Origin: Lama glama
Lineage: Eukaryota
Reading direction: 5' to 3'
Length of the DNA stretch: 64,000 nt
Assembly: GCA_028534125.1 (NCBI GenBank)
Contig: CM052816.1
Coordinates: forward strand, 84,136,001 to 84,200,000
Below the pieces are notes generated by a model. The model was given only the letters and a program-made list of their open reading frames with translations, searched no databases and was not told the origin of the DNA. Both the position numbers and the translations under genes were made by a program. Shown here one piece after another: positions 39,877 through 53,634 of this stretch (position 1 is the first letter of the stretch; the number at the start of each line of letters is the position of its first letter).

Positions 39877-41815
39877 ATGTGATAAATATTTGTGTGCAGG
39901 TTTCTCTGTGGACGTGAGTTTTCAACTCACTTGGATAAACACCAAGGAATGCAATTGGCAAATCATACGGTGAGAGTATGTTTAGTTTTATAAGAAATTG
40001 CCAAACTGTCTTCCAAACTGGCAGTACTATTTCACATTCCCACCAACAATGAACAAGAATTCTTGTTGCTTCACACTCTTGTCAGTATCTGATATTGTCA
40101 GTGTTCCTTAGTTTGGCCTTTCTAATAGATACGTAGTGGTATCTCATTGTTCTTTGAAGTTCCTTTATGACATTTGATGTTGAGCATGTTTTCATATGGT
40201 TATTTGCTATCTTTATATCTTCTTCAGTGAGCTCTATGTTCCAATTTTCTTTCATTTTTAAAATGGGTTGTTCATTTTCTTATTCTTGAGTTTTAACTGT
40301 TCGTTGTATATTTTAGATGCCAGTCCTTTATTATGGATGTACATTGAGAAGATTATCCTCCAGTCCGTAGTTTGTCTTTTCATTCTCTGAACAGTTTCTT
40401 CCAAAGAACAGAAGTTTTTAATTTTAATGAAGTCCTAATTATCAACTTTTTTCTTTTAGGGACTGCACTTTTGGGACTGTATTCAAAAAGTCATTACCAA
40501 ACCCCATATCACCTAGATTTCTCCTATGTTCCCTTCTAGATATTTTATGGATTTGCATTTTATATTTAATTATTTCATAAATTTATGATCCATTTTGAGT
40601 TAATGTTTGTGAAGGGTGAAAGGTCAGTAAATGAATTCATGTTTTTGCATGTAGATGTCCAGTTTTTCTCACACCAATAACTACTGAAAAGAATATCCAT
40701 TACTGTTGAAATGACTTTCCACTGTTGTCCAAAATCAGTTGATGAGATTTGTTTGAGTCTAAATCTGTGACATCTATTCTGTTCCACTAATCTAAATGTC
40801 TATTCTTTTGCCAATGTGCACCAGCTTGATTACTGTAACTGTACAGTAAGTCTTGTAGTTTAGGCTTCTGGCTTTGTTCTTGCCCGTCAATATTGTGTTG
40901 GCAATTTGGGGTCTTTTGTATTATCTTGTAAACTTTATAATTAATTTGTCAACATCCAGAAAATAACTTGTTGGGATTTTGATTGTAATTGCATTGAATC
41001 TATAGAAAAATTTGGAAATAACTAACATCTTGACCATATTGCACTTTCTTGTCCATATTCATATTTATATATGGAGTTCCTTGCTGTCTTTCATCTTTCA
41101 GTGTCACAATTTTCTTCGTAAGGATCTTGTACATATTTTTATTAGCTCTGTATCTGTGTTTCAAATTTTGGATGTTACTATAAACAGTATTATGCTCTGA
41201 ATTTCAAATTCCAATTGCTTATTGTTGGTATATGAGAAACTGATTTTTTCATTAATTCATGTAACTTTGCTATAATCACTTTTTATCTGCAGGAGTTTTT
41301 GTTGCTGTTTTGATTCTTAGGGATTTTCTAGACAAACAATCATGTCATCTTTAAACAAAGATACTTATTTCTTTTTCATCAATTTTCACACATTTTCTTG
41401 CTGTGTCTTGTCTAAAGGTGTGAACAAGGATTTCCAGTACAAAGTTAAATAGGAGTAGTGAGAATGGACATCCTTGTGTTGCTCTTGATCTTAACAGCAA
41501 AGCATTGAGTTTCTTACTATTTAATATGATTTCAGCTATAGGATTTTTGATAGGTGTTCTTTATCAAATAGAGGAAGTTCTCCTCCAGTCCTAGTTCACT
41601 GAGAGTTTTTATCATAAACGGGCATTTCATTTGTTACATGTTTTTTTTCCCCCTCATCTATTGATATGGTCATATGATTTTTCTTACTTAGTCTATTGAT
41701 GCCATAATTGTTTAATAGGGAACCAGCCTTGTATGTCTGGACCACTTGGTTATGGTGTATAATTGTTTTTAAACAATATCAAATTCAATATAGTTATATT
41801 TTGTAGAGAATTTTC
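39877..41815 (-). mobile_element. L1 (L1MC-like) ORF2/3' region
   Basis: Continuous antisense L1 (tgccaaactgtcttccaaa, cattcccaccaacaatgaa, gttaaataggagtagtgagaatggacatccttg). Peptide PFTNINSKWIINL. Confidence 0.92.
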
Positions 41816-42582
41816 TTCAAAGCATACAATATATTGGGATTGTATCTTTTGCTCCTATTCATACTTATAAGGGAGAAATTTTTTTAATTTAGGTCTTTTA
41901 ATGTTGAAGGAGCTTCATAGTATTTAAGTGTTCTTTAATTGTATGCTCAATCAAAAATGTCTGAAGACCCTATGTCTGTGTCCCATTGCAACAGGGTTAC
42001 TGGGTAGTAAAGGTGTGAACCCATAAACCTTTCCTGTATAAAATTATGGACACTGTTGCTCCCAAGCAAAGAATACTTTAGTTTAGAATTGCTATTGACT
42101 TCTGGATAATTGCATATTGTCCCTGGGAGCCAAATGAAATCAGCATAAGTTTTGTCTTCATAAAGTGTAGAGAAGGTTAAACTTTAGACTTGGATAGAAC
42201 AGAAGGGCTTTTCAATTTAAGTGTAAATAATATAATTAGATTATATAAGGTACAAAAACATACTTGAAAATGGTAACAATGTATGCCTGTCTTTTCTCTT
42301 CTTTTCATAAAGTCTTCCTTTTCTTTCAAAAAAAGTATCAAAATTATACTTTCTCCTTTCTTCCATATTTGACACTGTTATATGGAGATAATCTTGCTGA
42401 AACAATGTTATTCTACAAGCTTTTCTTGTATCCAAATCAAATGACAGTTTTCAGTCTTTTGTATTTTTTCAAATAAGACTCTTAATGTTCTCAATTACGA
42501 ACTGCATTCATTCTGCTATAGCTGGAAGTCTTGGTGAGTGTTTACTAAAGAAACATTAAACACCTTATTAGGTTTGTTACTG

Positions 42583-43165
42583 CTTTAAAGACTGAGATAT
42601 AATTGACATATAACATTATATTTGTTTTAGGTGTACAACATAATGATTCTATATTCGTATATATTGGGAAACAATCACCACCATAAGTCTGGTTAACATC
42701 TATCACCACACGTAGTTACACGTGTGTTCTTTTCTCATGATAAGAACTTGTAAGATCTACTATCTTAGCAACTTTTAAATATACAATATAGCATTATTAA
42801 CTGAAGTCACCATGCTGTACATTACATCCCCAGGACTTATTTATTTTATAACTGGCAGTTTGTCCCTTTTGGCCACGTTCACCCATTTCCCACACCTCTT
42901 ATCCCCTGTTTCTGACAACCACCAGTAGGTTCTCTGTATCTATCAAATTTGTTTTCTGTTTTTGCCCTTAGATTCTACATATCAGTGAAATCATACAGTA
43001 TTTGTCTCTCACTGTCTATCTCATTTCATATAGCAATATGTCCTCAGGGTCCATCCATACTGTTGCAAATGGCAAGGTTTCCATAATTTTTATGGCTGAA
43101 CAATATTTTACTGTCTGTGTGTACATATATGCAACATTTTCTTTATTCATTCATTTGTCTGTGGA
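42583..43165 (-). mobile_element. L1 3' end (younger L1MA-like)
   Basis: gagatataattgacatataacatt...taggtgtacaacataatgatt...gtccatccatactgttgcaaatggcaagg. Confidence 0.9.
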
Positions 43166-43167
43166 GA

Positions 43168-43280
43168 CGATGTTTGCATCTATATTATTAGAGATATTTG
43201 TCCGTAGTTATCCATTTTGTAATGCTATGTCTGGTTTTGGTATCAGGGTAATAATGCTGGCCTCATAGAATAAGTTACAG
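43168..43280 (-). mobile_element. L1 ORF2 fragment
   Basis: tctggttttggtatcagggtaataatgctggcctcatagaat. Confidence 0.85.
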
Positions 43281-44945
43281 GAGAGGTACATTTTTAAAAG
43301 AGAAAAAAGGGGTTTATCTGTAAACTCTTATTATTGTAAGCTAAGTATCCTCATAATTTAAAATATAATAAAATATCCACGAACTTAGATAATAGACTGT
43401 CTTTCTTAAATGTACTTATTTATTATAAATGCTTCATAAAATTAGTTATCCTATCATGTTTTTAGAAACCATATATTGAATTAAGATTATATTCCTGTAT
43501 GAGAAATTCTGAGCAAAAATTATAGTGCCCAACCATTGTTAATCTCTTACTTAATCAAGACATGAATCAGCATATTCATTAATTCTTTATTATAAAATTA
43601 TCTTTGATAATTGACTTCTCAGCTAGAATTATAAGACTTATTATTTCAAGAGGATTAATAACTTTAGAATTACTATAAATTTAACTAAATTCTTTTGATG
43701 CATTTCCTTTTTAACCCTTCCCAGGTGCTATTCAATCCAGTAGGTTTTGAATAATTTTTTGCATAGGAATAGGCAAAGAATACAGTCCCTATGGCCATCT
43801 AATTCAGGAAATGATACTAGTCTCAGATAGTCCATTTACCTGGTTTTGATATATTTTGTGATTAGACATTGAAAATGGCAGGATGTGTGCATTTCTCACA
43901 GACATGAAGAATTGAGGGTACACCACTACCCTTTCTCCACTTTAAAGAAATAACTTAGAAACATTTTTTTCACTAACAAAGATGTCTAAAATCATGTGCC
44001 TATTATGAGTTGTGCAAAATTACAATAGACCTACAAAGTACCTAATTTGGAGCTAACATCAAGTTATGTTTTCATCTTCCTCTGTAATCTTTCTTTTAAT
44101 ACCATTTGCTCATTATTTTATTAAGCTATTAATATTTCAGTATTAACTCATTGTTGTAAATAAGTGTAGTTTTAATTTCCCCCATAGTTTTGTTTACTTT
44201 TAACTTAAAACAATGGGCAAAATGTGATTTTTAAATGTGTTAATTCCCCCACTAATCAGATGTTTAGAAAAATCTTTCTCTGAACCCAAGATTATCCAAA
44301 TAGTTTACATATTTTTTGTATTTAAATGAGAGGTAAGTAAGTAATATATTAATCCTGTAACTGGGCCCAACATATAGTTTCTAGTTTCAAGTTTCTAGAA
44401 CTTGAAAGTCATATAAATGCCCAGGGATCACACACACACAAAAAAAAACAAAAGAATAATGTTCTGTTTTGTGAAAATCAGACAGTTCAGGGAGGAAAGA
44501 TTGAGAAATGCTAAGTCACTTGACATCAGACTTTGGTGTTTGGACTAATTCCAAATGGCAACAAATCACAGCAACAGATGATTGTCAGAGTGTTTGTAAG
44601 GTTTTGAGGGTGGTTACAGTCAGTGTATGAAGGAGAGTATAATGTAATTATGTATATGATCTTCTCTGCAAGGCAGCAGTGGGATCAACATGCAGAAAAT
44701 ATCAGTATCTACATGTAATTAACAAAATAAGTTTAACTAAATATTAGCTTTCTTAAAAATCACAATTTGTAGTTCTTAACCAAAGAAAAAATTTTTTTTC
44801 ATTAGAGCTACTTTCATTGAGGGCATATTCAGAAGACTGTCACAGTCCTAGAGTTTACTGCCCACTTCTCACCATTTCTAGCATATTAATATTAGGGTCT
44901 AGGATGTGATTCTGTAAAATGCAAGGCAGATCTTTCAAAGGCTGG

Positions 44946-45579
44946 TGTGGCAGGCAGAATTCTAAAGCTGCGTCCCTATGGCAACAGCCCTCTTGTTATA
45001 CTGTCTAACACTAATCTATGCACTGCCGTAAAGGAATTCTGCAGGTAGAATTAAGGCTACTAATAAACTGACCTTAAGATGGAGACAGCATCTGAGATGC
45101 TGCAAGTGGACCCAGTGTAATCACATGCATCTTCCAAGTGGAAGAGAAAACAGCAGAGTCATTCAGGTATATGTAGTAGATGAAGAGGTCAGAGAGATTC
45201 CAAGTGTGAGACGGATCCAATACTTTATACCTGGCTTGGTGATGGAGGATCCTATATGTAAGGACCTGAGAAAGAAGCCTCTAGAGGGTAAGGTGGCCCC
45301 CGCTGACAGCCAGCAAGTAAAGGCACATCTTGGCCCTAATACCAGAAGCAACTGTATTCTGTTGACAGCCTGAATGAATTTGGGATTAAACCCTTCTCAG
45401 AGCTGGCTAGTAAGAGCTGAGCCAGCTGACACCTGCGCTTGGGGATTGTGAAACCTAAACAAAATAGACAGCTGAGCCAAACTAGACTTGTGAACTACAG
45501 ACTTGCAAGAATATACTTGTATTGTTCTAATCCACTAAATTGTGGTAAATTTTTATGGCAGCAGTTGAACACTAATGCA
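44946..45579 (+). mobile_element. MaLR LTR (MLT1E-like), near full length
   Basis: Starts tgtggcaggcagaattctaa and ends ccactaaattgtggtaaatttttatggcagcagttgaacactaatgca. Confidence 0.85.
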
Positions 45580-47869
45580 TCTGATGGCCTGATGGTTAGG
45601 AGGCACATGAAGCTATCCCAAACCCCTAGCATCTGGATCAGCTTTGTAGCTCCTGCTGAACTGAGAGTTTGCTACTCAAAATTATCTCTATCTGTAAATT
45701 CTTTTTTCAGTTTATGCAGAAGATAAAACACACATCTTGTGACATCAGGTGAGAAGACCATGATGAGACAGACTATTCGTGGGACTTCATGAAGCAAGGA
45801 ACCCTAGGGTTGAAGGCTGGACATTATTTGGTATCAGAAGAAAATCACGGGAGGTTGAAGATAAGATGAGTTAAGTAAAGATAGTGTTTTGAAAAACAGT
45901 ACCTTCTTCCTCTCTAACTTTGCTGAAGCACTAGCCTAAGAGGATAGGGAAAGTACTGAGAAACAGGCAATTCTCTGACTGAAATGGAGGACCTATTTGC
46001 CTCCCTGTGTACTGAGAATAGTAGAGCCAGTTCTCCTAAATGTGCAGATAGCTGAGTTCCACACACTTGCCACAGGCCTTCCCAACAGTTGTACACAAAA
46101 AAGAAAGCCTGAAACAGATTTCCAGTGATTAAAGGCAACCTGAATTCACACTATGAATTTCCACACTTTAGTGTCATTCCAGGGAACATAATAAAAGGGA
46201 TTAAAATAAATTTTCAAAGTAAGTTATTAAATTTAAAGTTAAGATACAGCAAGAAATATTAGAATCACCTAGGATCTGAGTTTTCTTCACAGGTACAATC
46301 TAATGAATGCACAAGCCAGGTTCTCACCACTTTTTTTCTTAATGTGAAAGACATAATAATAGAGTTTACAAAAACTTACTCAAAGCAGCAGTTCATGGGA
46401 CACTTATTTTAGTGCACCATGGTGCATAGCAAATGCCTTTGAAAGTTTTTTATTTGATAATCACATATTAATCAATAATTATGCACCAGCTTCCAAGTGT
46501 ATTCACCCATTTATAAGTATTAGTATTATATAAACTAATATAAGCTTCATAAAATAGAATATCATTAAATTATATAAAAGGCATCTATAATACAGAAAAA
46601 CAAAAAACAAACAAACAAAAAACCATCTTCTAGCATTTTCATTCTTTTCAAGTGGTTGGTTAATGACTGGTTTAGTTTATGCCAGAAAAAAAGCCCTAGA
46701 GAAACATTGATTATTCCCATTTTAATAGGAAAAGAATAAAACCTCCATTATAATTTTAACAAAGTGTCACAAAAACTGCTAAAAAACTCAATCATAAGAT
46801 TAAACACACTAGCCTCAGGAGACGAAACTTTGCAGCTCTTTCCTTCTTGAGGATCCAAGTTACAAATTTTTCAGGTTATTGTGAGAAATATGCTATAGAA
46901 TTTCTCAAGGTAATACACAAGCTAGATTTGCATATTTTAATTCAATTTTCAATGTGTGTCAAAATACTTTTACTTGTTAAAAATCTTTTATGCGTGAGCT
47001 TCAAATATTACTATTTATAAACTGTATTTCAAATGTTATATACATATGCATCTTACTGCCACTGGAAATAAATTCAGCAATCTTAAGGACATGCAATAGA
47101 GACTTAAATGTATTTTTTTAAAATGTAAGTTCAAGATTGTTATCTTTGACTGTGCACTACTAACAGAAATCATATATTCTGTCATGTGACATTTTGCAGA
47201 TACCTTGCACCACGTCATTATAAAAAAGTACAGAAATGAACAAAGACAGCAGCTACTCGGGGAGGTGGTAACTGAGAGATTTAGTTAATCCTGCCAAATA
47301 TATTTGAGAATAATAAAATTATGCAAAGCAGGAATAAAACTTTCAATGGAGATGCTAAATGGAGTGGTCATAACTAAAGGATTACTTAGGTCCTTGAGCA
47401 TAAAACAAAGAAAAAGTCAGGGAAAAAGAAGCATAGGAAATAAATCATGTCATATCCAATACCTGACTCACAGACTCTCAAGCAGCAAACAGCAGAAAAA
47501 GCAATACATGGTAATTTATGAGAGCTAAAGTTTCAATTCATATTGTTTAAGGAAAATGTTTCCAAAATTAAAGAGATTATAAGAGGCAAGTTGCATATAT
47601 ATTTCTCATTAGCAGCAGACATTGCTGGAAGACAGTTGGAATACTTTCAAAGCCCAGAGTAAGATGATTTTAAAATTAAATAATCAGCAAAAGGATTAAG
47701 GAAAGCTTAAAATTTATATATGGGCACATAAGCATAAAAGAATGGTCTTTTGAAATAAAGAGCATTTCCTCCTTGGAAATGATCTGTTCTAAATAAAATG
47801 TCTTGAGAAAACACTTTTTCAATCAGATAAAACAGCTTTTTAATTTACTTTTCATTGAGTGAATTGGCT

Positions 47870-48430
47870 GTTTGATGAGAGCAAAATGTAAAGAGGACAG
47901 GAGAAAACTGGGTGACTCTCATATCTGTGTTGTTTGAAAGACAACACAGATGACAGTAACATCAATAGACGTTGGAGCTACAGAGAAGCAGGTCTGCAGG
48001 GGGAGAGAATAAAGTGGTAAACTCAGTTTCAGACATGTTTAGTTTGAGAAAACCGAAAGAGATGCAATTGATAATTATATCAAATAGCTGACTATTAAGA
48101 ATTTGGGGTCAAGGAAGATATCAAAGTTGGAGACATATTACAGCCTTCCTCTGCTTCCTTTAGAAAAACATTCCCAGGGTGAACTGTTTATCTTGCACAC
48201 ATCTAGCCCATTCGTTTGAAATACTATCATATTTCGATGTCAGAAATTACAGCTTTTAAACCAAAACTCTTAAAAACAAAATCTATCCCTGTTCCTGCCT
48301 TTTCTCTCAATAAATGTTTAAGCTATCACTGGCTGGCAGTCAAGGCAATAACCTAAATAATCACTAATTTCATATTTTTTCTTAATAACTCATATCTAAT
48401 CAGAGTGTCTTGCCACCTCTCCAGCATATT
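47870..48430. mobile_element. L2 fragments in opposite orientations
   Basis: ctcagtttcagacatgtttagtttgag (antisense L2) up to about 48140, then pyrimidine-rich sense L2-like sequence. Confidence 0.5.
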
Positions 48431-48539
48431 TCTGGTTAAAGTATTTGATGATACTTGATTATAAAAAGATTGGTACTAAGCATGTTTTAATTTTCACTTT
48501 GCTTACTGCTGATACTTAGAAGTATACTTGGTTATTATA

Positions 48540-50080
48540 TCTTAACATAATATGCAGCATCCTTTCTGTATTTATATATTAATTCTAATGGCTTCAAGTA
48601 CAATGTTAAAGGGAAGTAATAATCATGACCATCTTTGTCTCATTCTCAAGTTCAAGGCAAATAAAATACAATAGAAAAAAANNNNNNNNNNNNNNNNNNN
48701 NNNNNNNNNNNNNNNNNNNNNNNNNNNNNNNNNNNNNNNNNNNNNNNNNNNNNNNNNNNNNNNNNNNNNNNNNNNNNNNNNNNNNNNNNNNNNNNNNNNN
48801 NNNNNNNNNNNNNNNNNNNNNNNNNNNNNNNNNNNNNNNNNNNNNNNNNNNNNNNNNNNNNNNNNNNNNNNNNNNNNNNNNNNNNNNNNNNNNNNNNNNN
48901 NNNNNNNNNNNNNNNNNNNNNNNNNNNNNNNNNNNNNNNNNNNNNNNNNNNNNNNNNNNNNNNNNNNNNNNNNNNNNNNNNNNNNNNNNNNNNNNNNNNN
49001 NNNNNNNNNNNNNNNNNNNNNNNNNNNNNNNNNNNNNNNNNNNNNNNNNNNNNNNNNNNNNNNNNNNNNNNNNNNNNNNNNNNNNNNNNNNNNNNNNNNN
49101 NNNNNNNNNNNNNNNNNNNNNNNNNNNNNNNNNNNNNNNNNNNNNNNNNNNNNNNNNNNNNNNNNNNNNNNNNNNNNNNNNAAAAAAATCAATATTTTGC
49201 CCATAAACATTGTTTTATATATTTTTTTCTAATTTGTTAATAGTTTAGTATTATCAGAATTACGTTTTTATCAAATTCCATTTCCTTTATTGACTGAGAT
49301 TAGCTTTTCTTCTTAGTTTTGTTTTTGGTAAGTTATAATGATTATGTTTTGAATGTTCAAACAAACTTTTAAAAATACTAAGTCTAAATTTTATATGATG
49401 CATTATTCATTTTACATCCTGCTGAAGCTGAATTAACAGTATTTTGTGCAGAACTATTTCAATTAATATCACGTATGAAACTAGTCTGTAAATTTTCTTT
49501 CTTCAAACACCTTTGCCAGGTTTTTGGCATTGAGGATATTTTGGACTTTTTGTTTATTGGAAAATGTTCTCTGTTTCTTTTCTTAAAAGAGGGCTCCCCC
49601 CCCAAGATTTGCCTTATGTATTAAACTTTTTTGTAAGGTACCCACACCTATATAATAAGTTGTGCTCAGCTTATTCAACAAATATATGATTATTCATATT
49701 TTTGTTCCATATTTCATCTAAAAACTTGATCCTCTATTTTATCTTAGATTTTATTTAACTAATCTATGTCCTTAACTTTATATTCACTTTCTTCTACCAT
49801 ATTATGATTTAATTTGTTCGTATATTTCTAGGTTGTGAAAACGTATGTGTAGTTTTCTGAATTCTAAACTTCCTCACTTTCGAATATTTTTGCCTCAAGA
49901 CCACTAAATTAGACTTAATTTTGGCTTCTGCAGAATCTCATATGTTTTTACACACCATATTTTTATCACCCACCTAAACTCTTTCCTATCTGGCTCGAGC
50001 TATTTAGAGATGTCATTCTTAATTTCAAATACATGGAGGAATTTTTTCTTTTGTATCTCTATTTCACACAACTGTGATAA
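48540..50080 (-). mobile_element. Old L1 ORF2 fragment spanning the assembly gap
   Basis: cttcaagtacaatgttaaa...catctttgtctc before the gap and tcaatattttgccc...tttgccaggtttttggcattgagg after it. Confidence 0.65.
48682..49181. other. Assembly gap (500 N)
   Basis: Run of N. The two longest listed ORFs are artefacts of it. Confidence 1.
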
Positions 50081-50734
50081 GATTTAGACATGAAAGCAAA
50101 TTGCTATGTTGGTGTCTTCCACCGGGGTGAAGGTACCATCGCTCAAACCAAGAGTTCTGTAAGCACTCGACTCTGTTTTTCTTCCTTCCCACGCCCCAGG
50201 ACACTGAATCGTTGTCTCCGATGACGGTTTCTGGCAGATAATTTTGCCCTTTGTTTTATACACAGCTTACTATTCATGTTTGGTTTTTCTAGCAAATATC
50301 CCTTAATTCTAATCTAATTAGAGATGCAAAAAGTTCTTCACCTCTTTTTATGTTCCCTAATCTTTCGGAAGTTTTATTGTTTTAATGAGTATATATTAAC
50401 TTAAAACATAAAAAGAATACATATATATATATATATATACATATGTGTAAAGTATTACTCATTAAAGATAATGACAGCACAATTGACTAATTACAGTATT
50501 TATTCTAGATATTTACCAAAGACTATGTGGTAACACATCAGTAATTTATGAAAATAACTTAGGGAAGAATCTAACTTCTATTGAATGGTAATTATAAAGA
50601 GATAGCAAAATGAAAAAATATATATATATTGTTTGGATTTCTAGAGAAAGAAAAACTGATACTTCCTAACTAACAAATACATTAATTATAAGATACTAAA
50701 AAAACACCCAAAACTATACCACTACTAGACGATG

Positions 50735-51012
50735 TACAGCAGAAAATCTTAGTGATCTTAGGTTAGGAAAAGAGTACTTAGATTTAGCACTAAAGTGACA
50801 ATCCAGCAATTTTTTTTAAGTTGGATTTTATTAAAATTAAAACTCTTGCTATTTTAAAAGGCATCAAAAAACCCCAAAAAGACAAGAGACACACTGGAAG
50901 AAAATATTTGCAAGTAACATATCTGACAAAAGACATGCATCTGGAGTATGTGAAAAACTCACAAAACTCAGTAATATTCACAAAATAAATCACCTACTAA
51001 AAAAAATGAACT
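50735..51012 (+). mobile_element. L1 ORF2 3' fragment
   Basis: ttggattttattaaaattaaaactcttgct...ctggaagaaaatatttgcaagtaacatatctgacaaa. Confidence 0.85.
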
Positions 51013-51014
51013 AA

Positions 51015-51200
51015 GGGAGGATCATGTAAAGACGCAAAGGGACAGTAATTCTCTACAAACCAAGGAGAGAGTCCTCAGAAGAAACTAAAATCGCCAACAC
51101 TTTGATCTTGACTTTCTAGTATTGTGAGAAAATAAATCTCTGTTGTTTAAGCCACCCAGTCTTTAGCACTTTGTGGTGGCAGTCCTGGAAAACCAACACA
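51015..51200 (+). mobile_element. MaLR LTR 3' half (MLT1B-like)
   Basis: ccaaggagagagtcctcagaagaaac...tgtgagaaaataaatctctgttgtttaagccacccagtct...accaacaca. Confidence 0.85.
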
Positions 51201-51335
51201 GGGGTGATGGATGTGCTCAGAGTCCTGATTGTGATTATAGATTCATGAGTGTATCCAAATTTCAAAACTCTTTAAATTGTACAAGGTAAATACATGCCAT
51301 TTAATATCTGTCTATTCCTCCGTAAAACTGACTTA
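51201..51335 (+). mobile_element. L1M 3' end
   Basis: ggggtgatggatgtgctc...tgattgtgattatag...tcaaaactctttaaattgtaca. Confidence 0.7.
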
Positions 51336-52734
51336 AAATGTAAACATTGTAATTAAAATATTTCAATAAATATCCATCTTTCAATTTTTGCCCAGTAGAT
51401 CAAGATTGTCTTTCCAACTTTCCTATAAATACACTGATCGTTTAATAAAGCCATATGGAATGTAAACTAAAAGTAAAAATCTAATCTTCCCCCTTTGCAA
51501 TAACAGCTAAATACCATCTTTATGTTTTAAATGTTATCAAATTGCCAGTATGCCAGGGTTTTTCTGTAGAGTTGAGTGAAGCACAAATTCTGGAGCCAAA
51601 TATGCAAGGTTTCAATACTTGGCGTTAACCATATTTCTCCTTATGAGGACCTGAAAAAGTAATCTTTTTCAAAATTCTTGTTTTTTAATGTAAAAAGGCA
51701 AAATACCTCTTATAAACTATTTGAGAAACTAACCATCAAAGGGTCTGTCATTGTTTCCCAATAATATTTTGTTTCTTTTATTCTTTCTTTTTCTATTACT
51801 GCTTTATTTTTCAGTATCCTTTTTTTCTTATTCTCTATCAAGTACCAAATGTTTGTGAATATTGATTTAATTTAATTTCCTCAGAAGAGTCTCATTATAC
51901 CTGCCTCTTTTCTGTTTTCTAAGCAAGGTACATGCACATCTTTGGAAAACATCACATAAAGCATTGATTAATAAGGTCCTTAGACTTTAAAATGTCATTA
52001 AAAAAAGATAAGTGATGAGAGTGATCCATTTTTAGTTTGCGATGTATGGAAAGCATTTTAGTTTATTCAATAGTAATCAACAGCCCTGCACTGTTATTTA
52101 CTGATTGCTATTACGTCTTCCTAAGGGGCCTGAGTGGAGATTAAGTGCTTCATAGAAAAGCTACACAGACTGAGACTGCAGGCATTTCATAATGAAGGTA
52201 AAATTAGAGAGACAGTATTTTTGACATCTGTAGGAATCACATTTTGCAAATATAGCTTAACATTCTGGGATTTTTTTTTTTTCCCCTTCAAATTCAGAGA
52301 TGCTGCAAACCTCTGTAGAAATTGTAGGAGTAAAGCTGTCTGTCAGTGTGGTTAGTTTTCTCAGAATAAACCCAAATCTCCCTCTTGAGTTCCTGACAGA
52401 CATGTTTTCCATTTAGCAGTGGACTGAAATAGGTAAAAACCACAACACCTTTTCCCATTAATATACATGTTCTCAGATGACTCTTGGGTTCACATCCTTC
52501 TTAAGCAAAGATAAAGAGGAGAAAAGGAATACTTGCAGGAACAAATTCAAGCTGAATGCAAACTCTCTTTTCTTTGAGCCCTGCCAACTTTTTTTTAGAA
52601 TAGTGCAAATGATTATCATTTCAAAATCAAATGGAAGACTGGAGCAGAAAATGTACCACATAAACCTGTTATAGCTCATCGTTCCAGAAATAAAGACATA
52701 CTCAAAAATAGAAACAGACAAGTAACCTTAATAG

Positions 52735-52925
52735 GGTTCGTCAAAGGGTTTGATTTTTAGTTAAAAATGACCTATCAATACTGCTTTACTAATTGAGATA
52801 AGCAAATCATAGTAATGTAAGATTTTAATCATTAGGGAACAGGTTGAAGGGTATTTGGTAAAGAATTTTATTACCTTTGCTATTTTTCTGCAAATTTAAC
52901 CTATTCTAAAAGTTAAAAAAAAATT
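52735..52925 (+). mobile_element. L1MC/ME-like 3' end
   Basis: atagtaatgtaagattttaatcattagggaacaggttgaagggtat...ctatttttctgcaaatttaacctattctaaaa plus A tail. Confidence 0.65.
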
Positions 52926-53634
52926 AACCGCAAAAAAAGAAACAATTGTACTTAATCAATAGAATTTTTTAAAAAATTAACATATTTGCATCAGATTTAT
53001 CATTAAATAAACTATGAGTCAATACATTTTTAGGTTATTTAGGAACTAGAGATCTACACAAGACATCCTCTGAAGAATTGAAAAATGCATCTTAGTAATT
53101 TTCAAGTGTTTATTTTCAAGATTAATGTTTGATAACTTATTATTATTCTTAAGGAAAAATATAAAGACTGAATTTATATTTATTACTGCAAGAACTGCCT
53201 TTTTGGCCACTATTTTACTTTTGTTTTTTTTCTATATAAGAAAAGAACTATGACAGTAGAAACATTCTTACACTTTATGTCAGAAAGCTCTGCAGCAGAA
53301 ATGGAGCAACAATAAATGAAAATTTTTCTGATACTTATGGGCCTGAGAATATTCTTATTTACAGTGATTTCATTCATTGTGGCAAACTGAACAATGTATA
53401 GGTAAAAAAAATGTGGTTGATGGGAATATGCCACAAATTCAGTTAATATAAAGAAAATCTCATTTCCATAGTTTTAGACCATAGTTTGAATGAACTATGG
53501 AAATCTTCATTATTCTATGGTAGTGGAATAAAGTACAAGATTCTGCAAAGTGTGATCCATGGAACACAGTCTTCTGAAATGCCACATATTTCATTCTTCC
53601 CTTGCATATCAGATCCACACATTTCTATATGAAT

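Noticed and set aside
48623..49210. 193-aa and 195-aa ORFs
   Set aside because: They are translations of the N gap.
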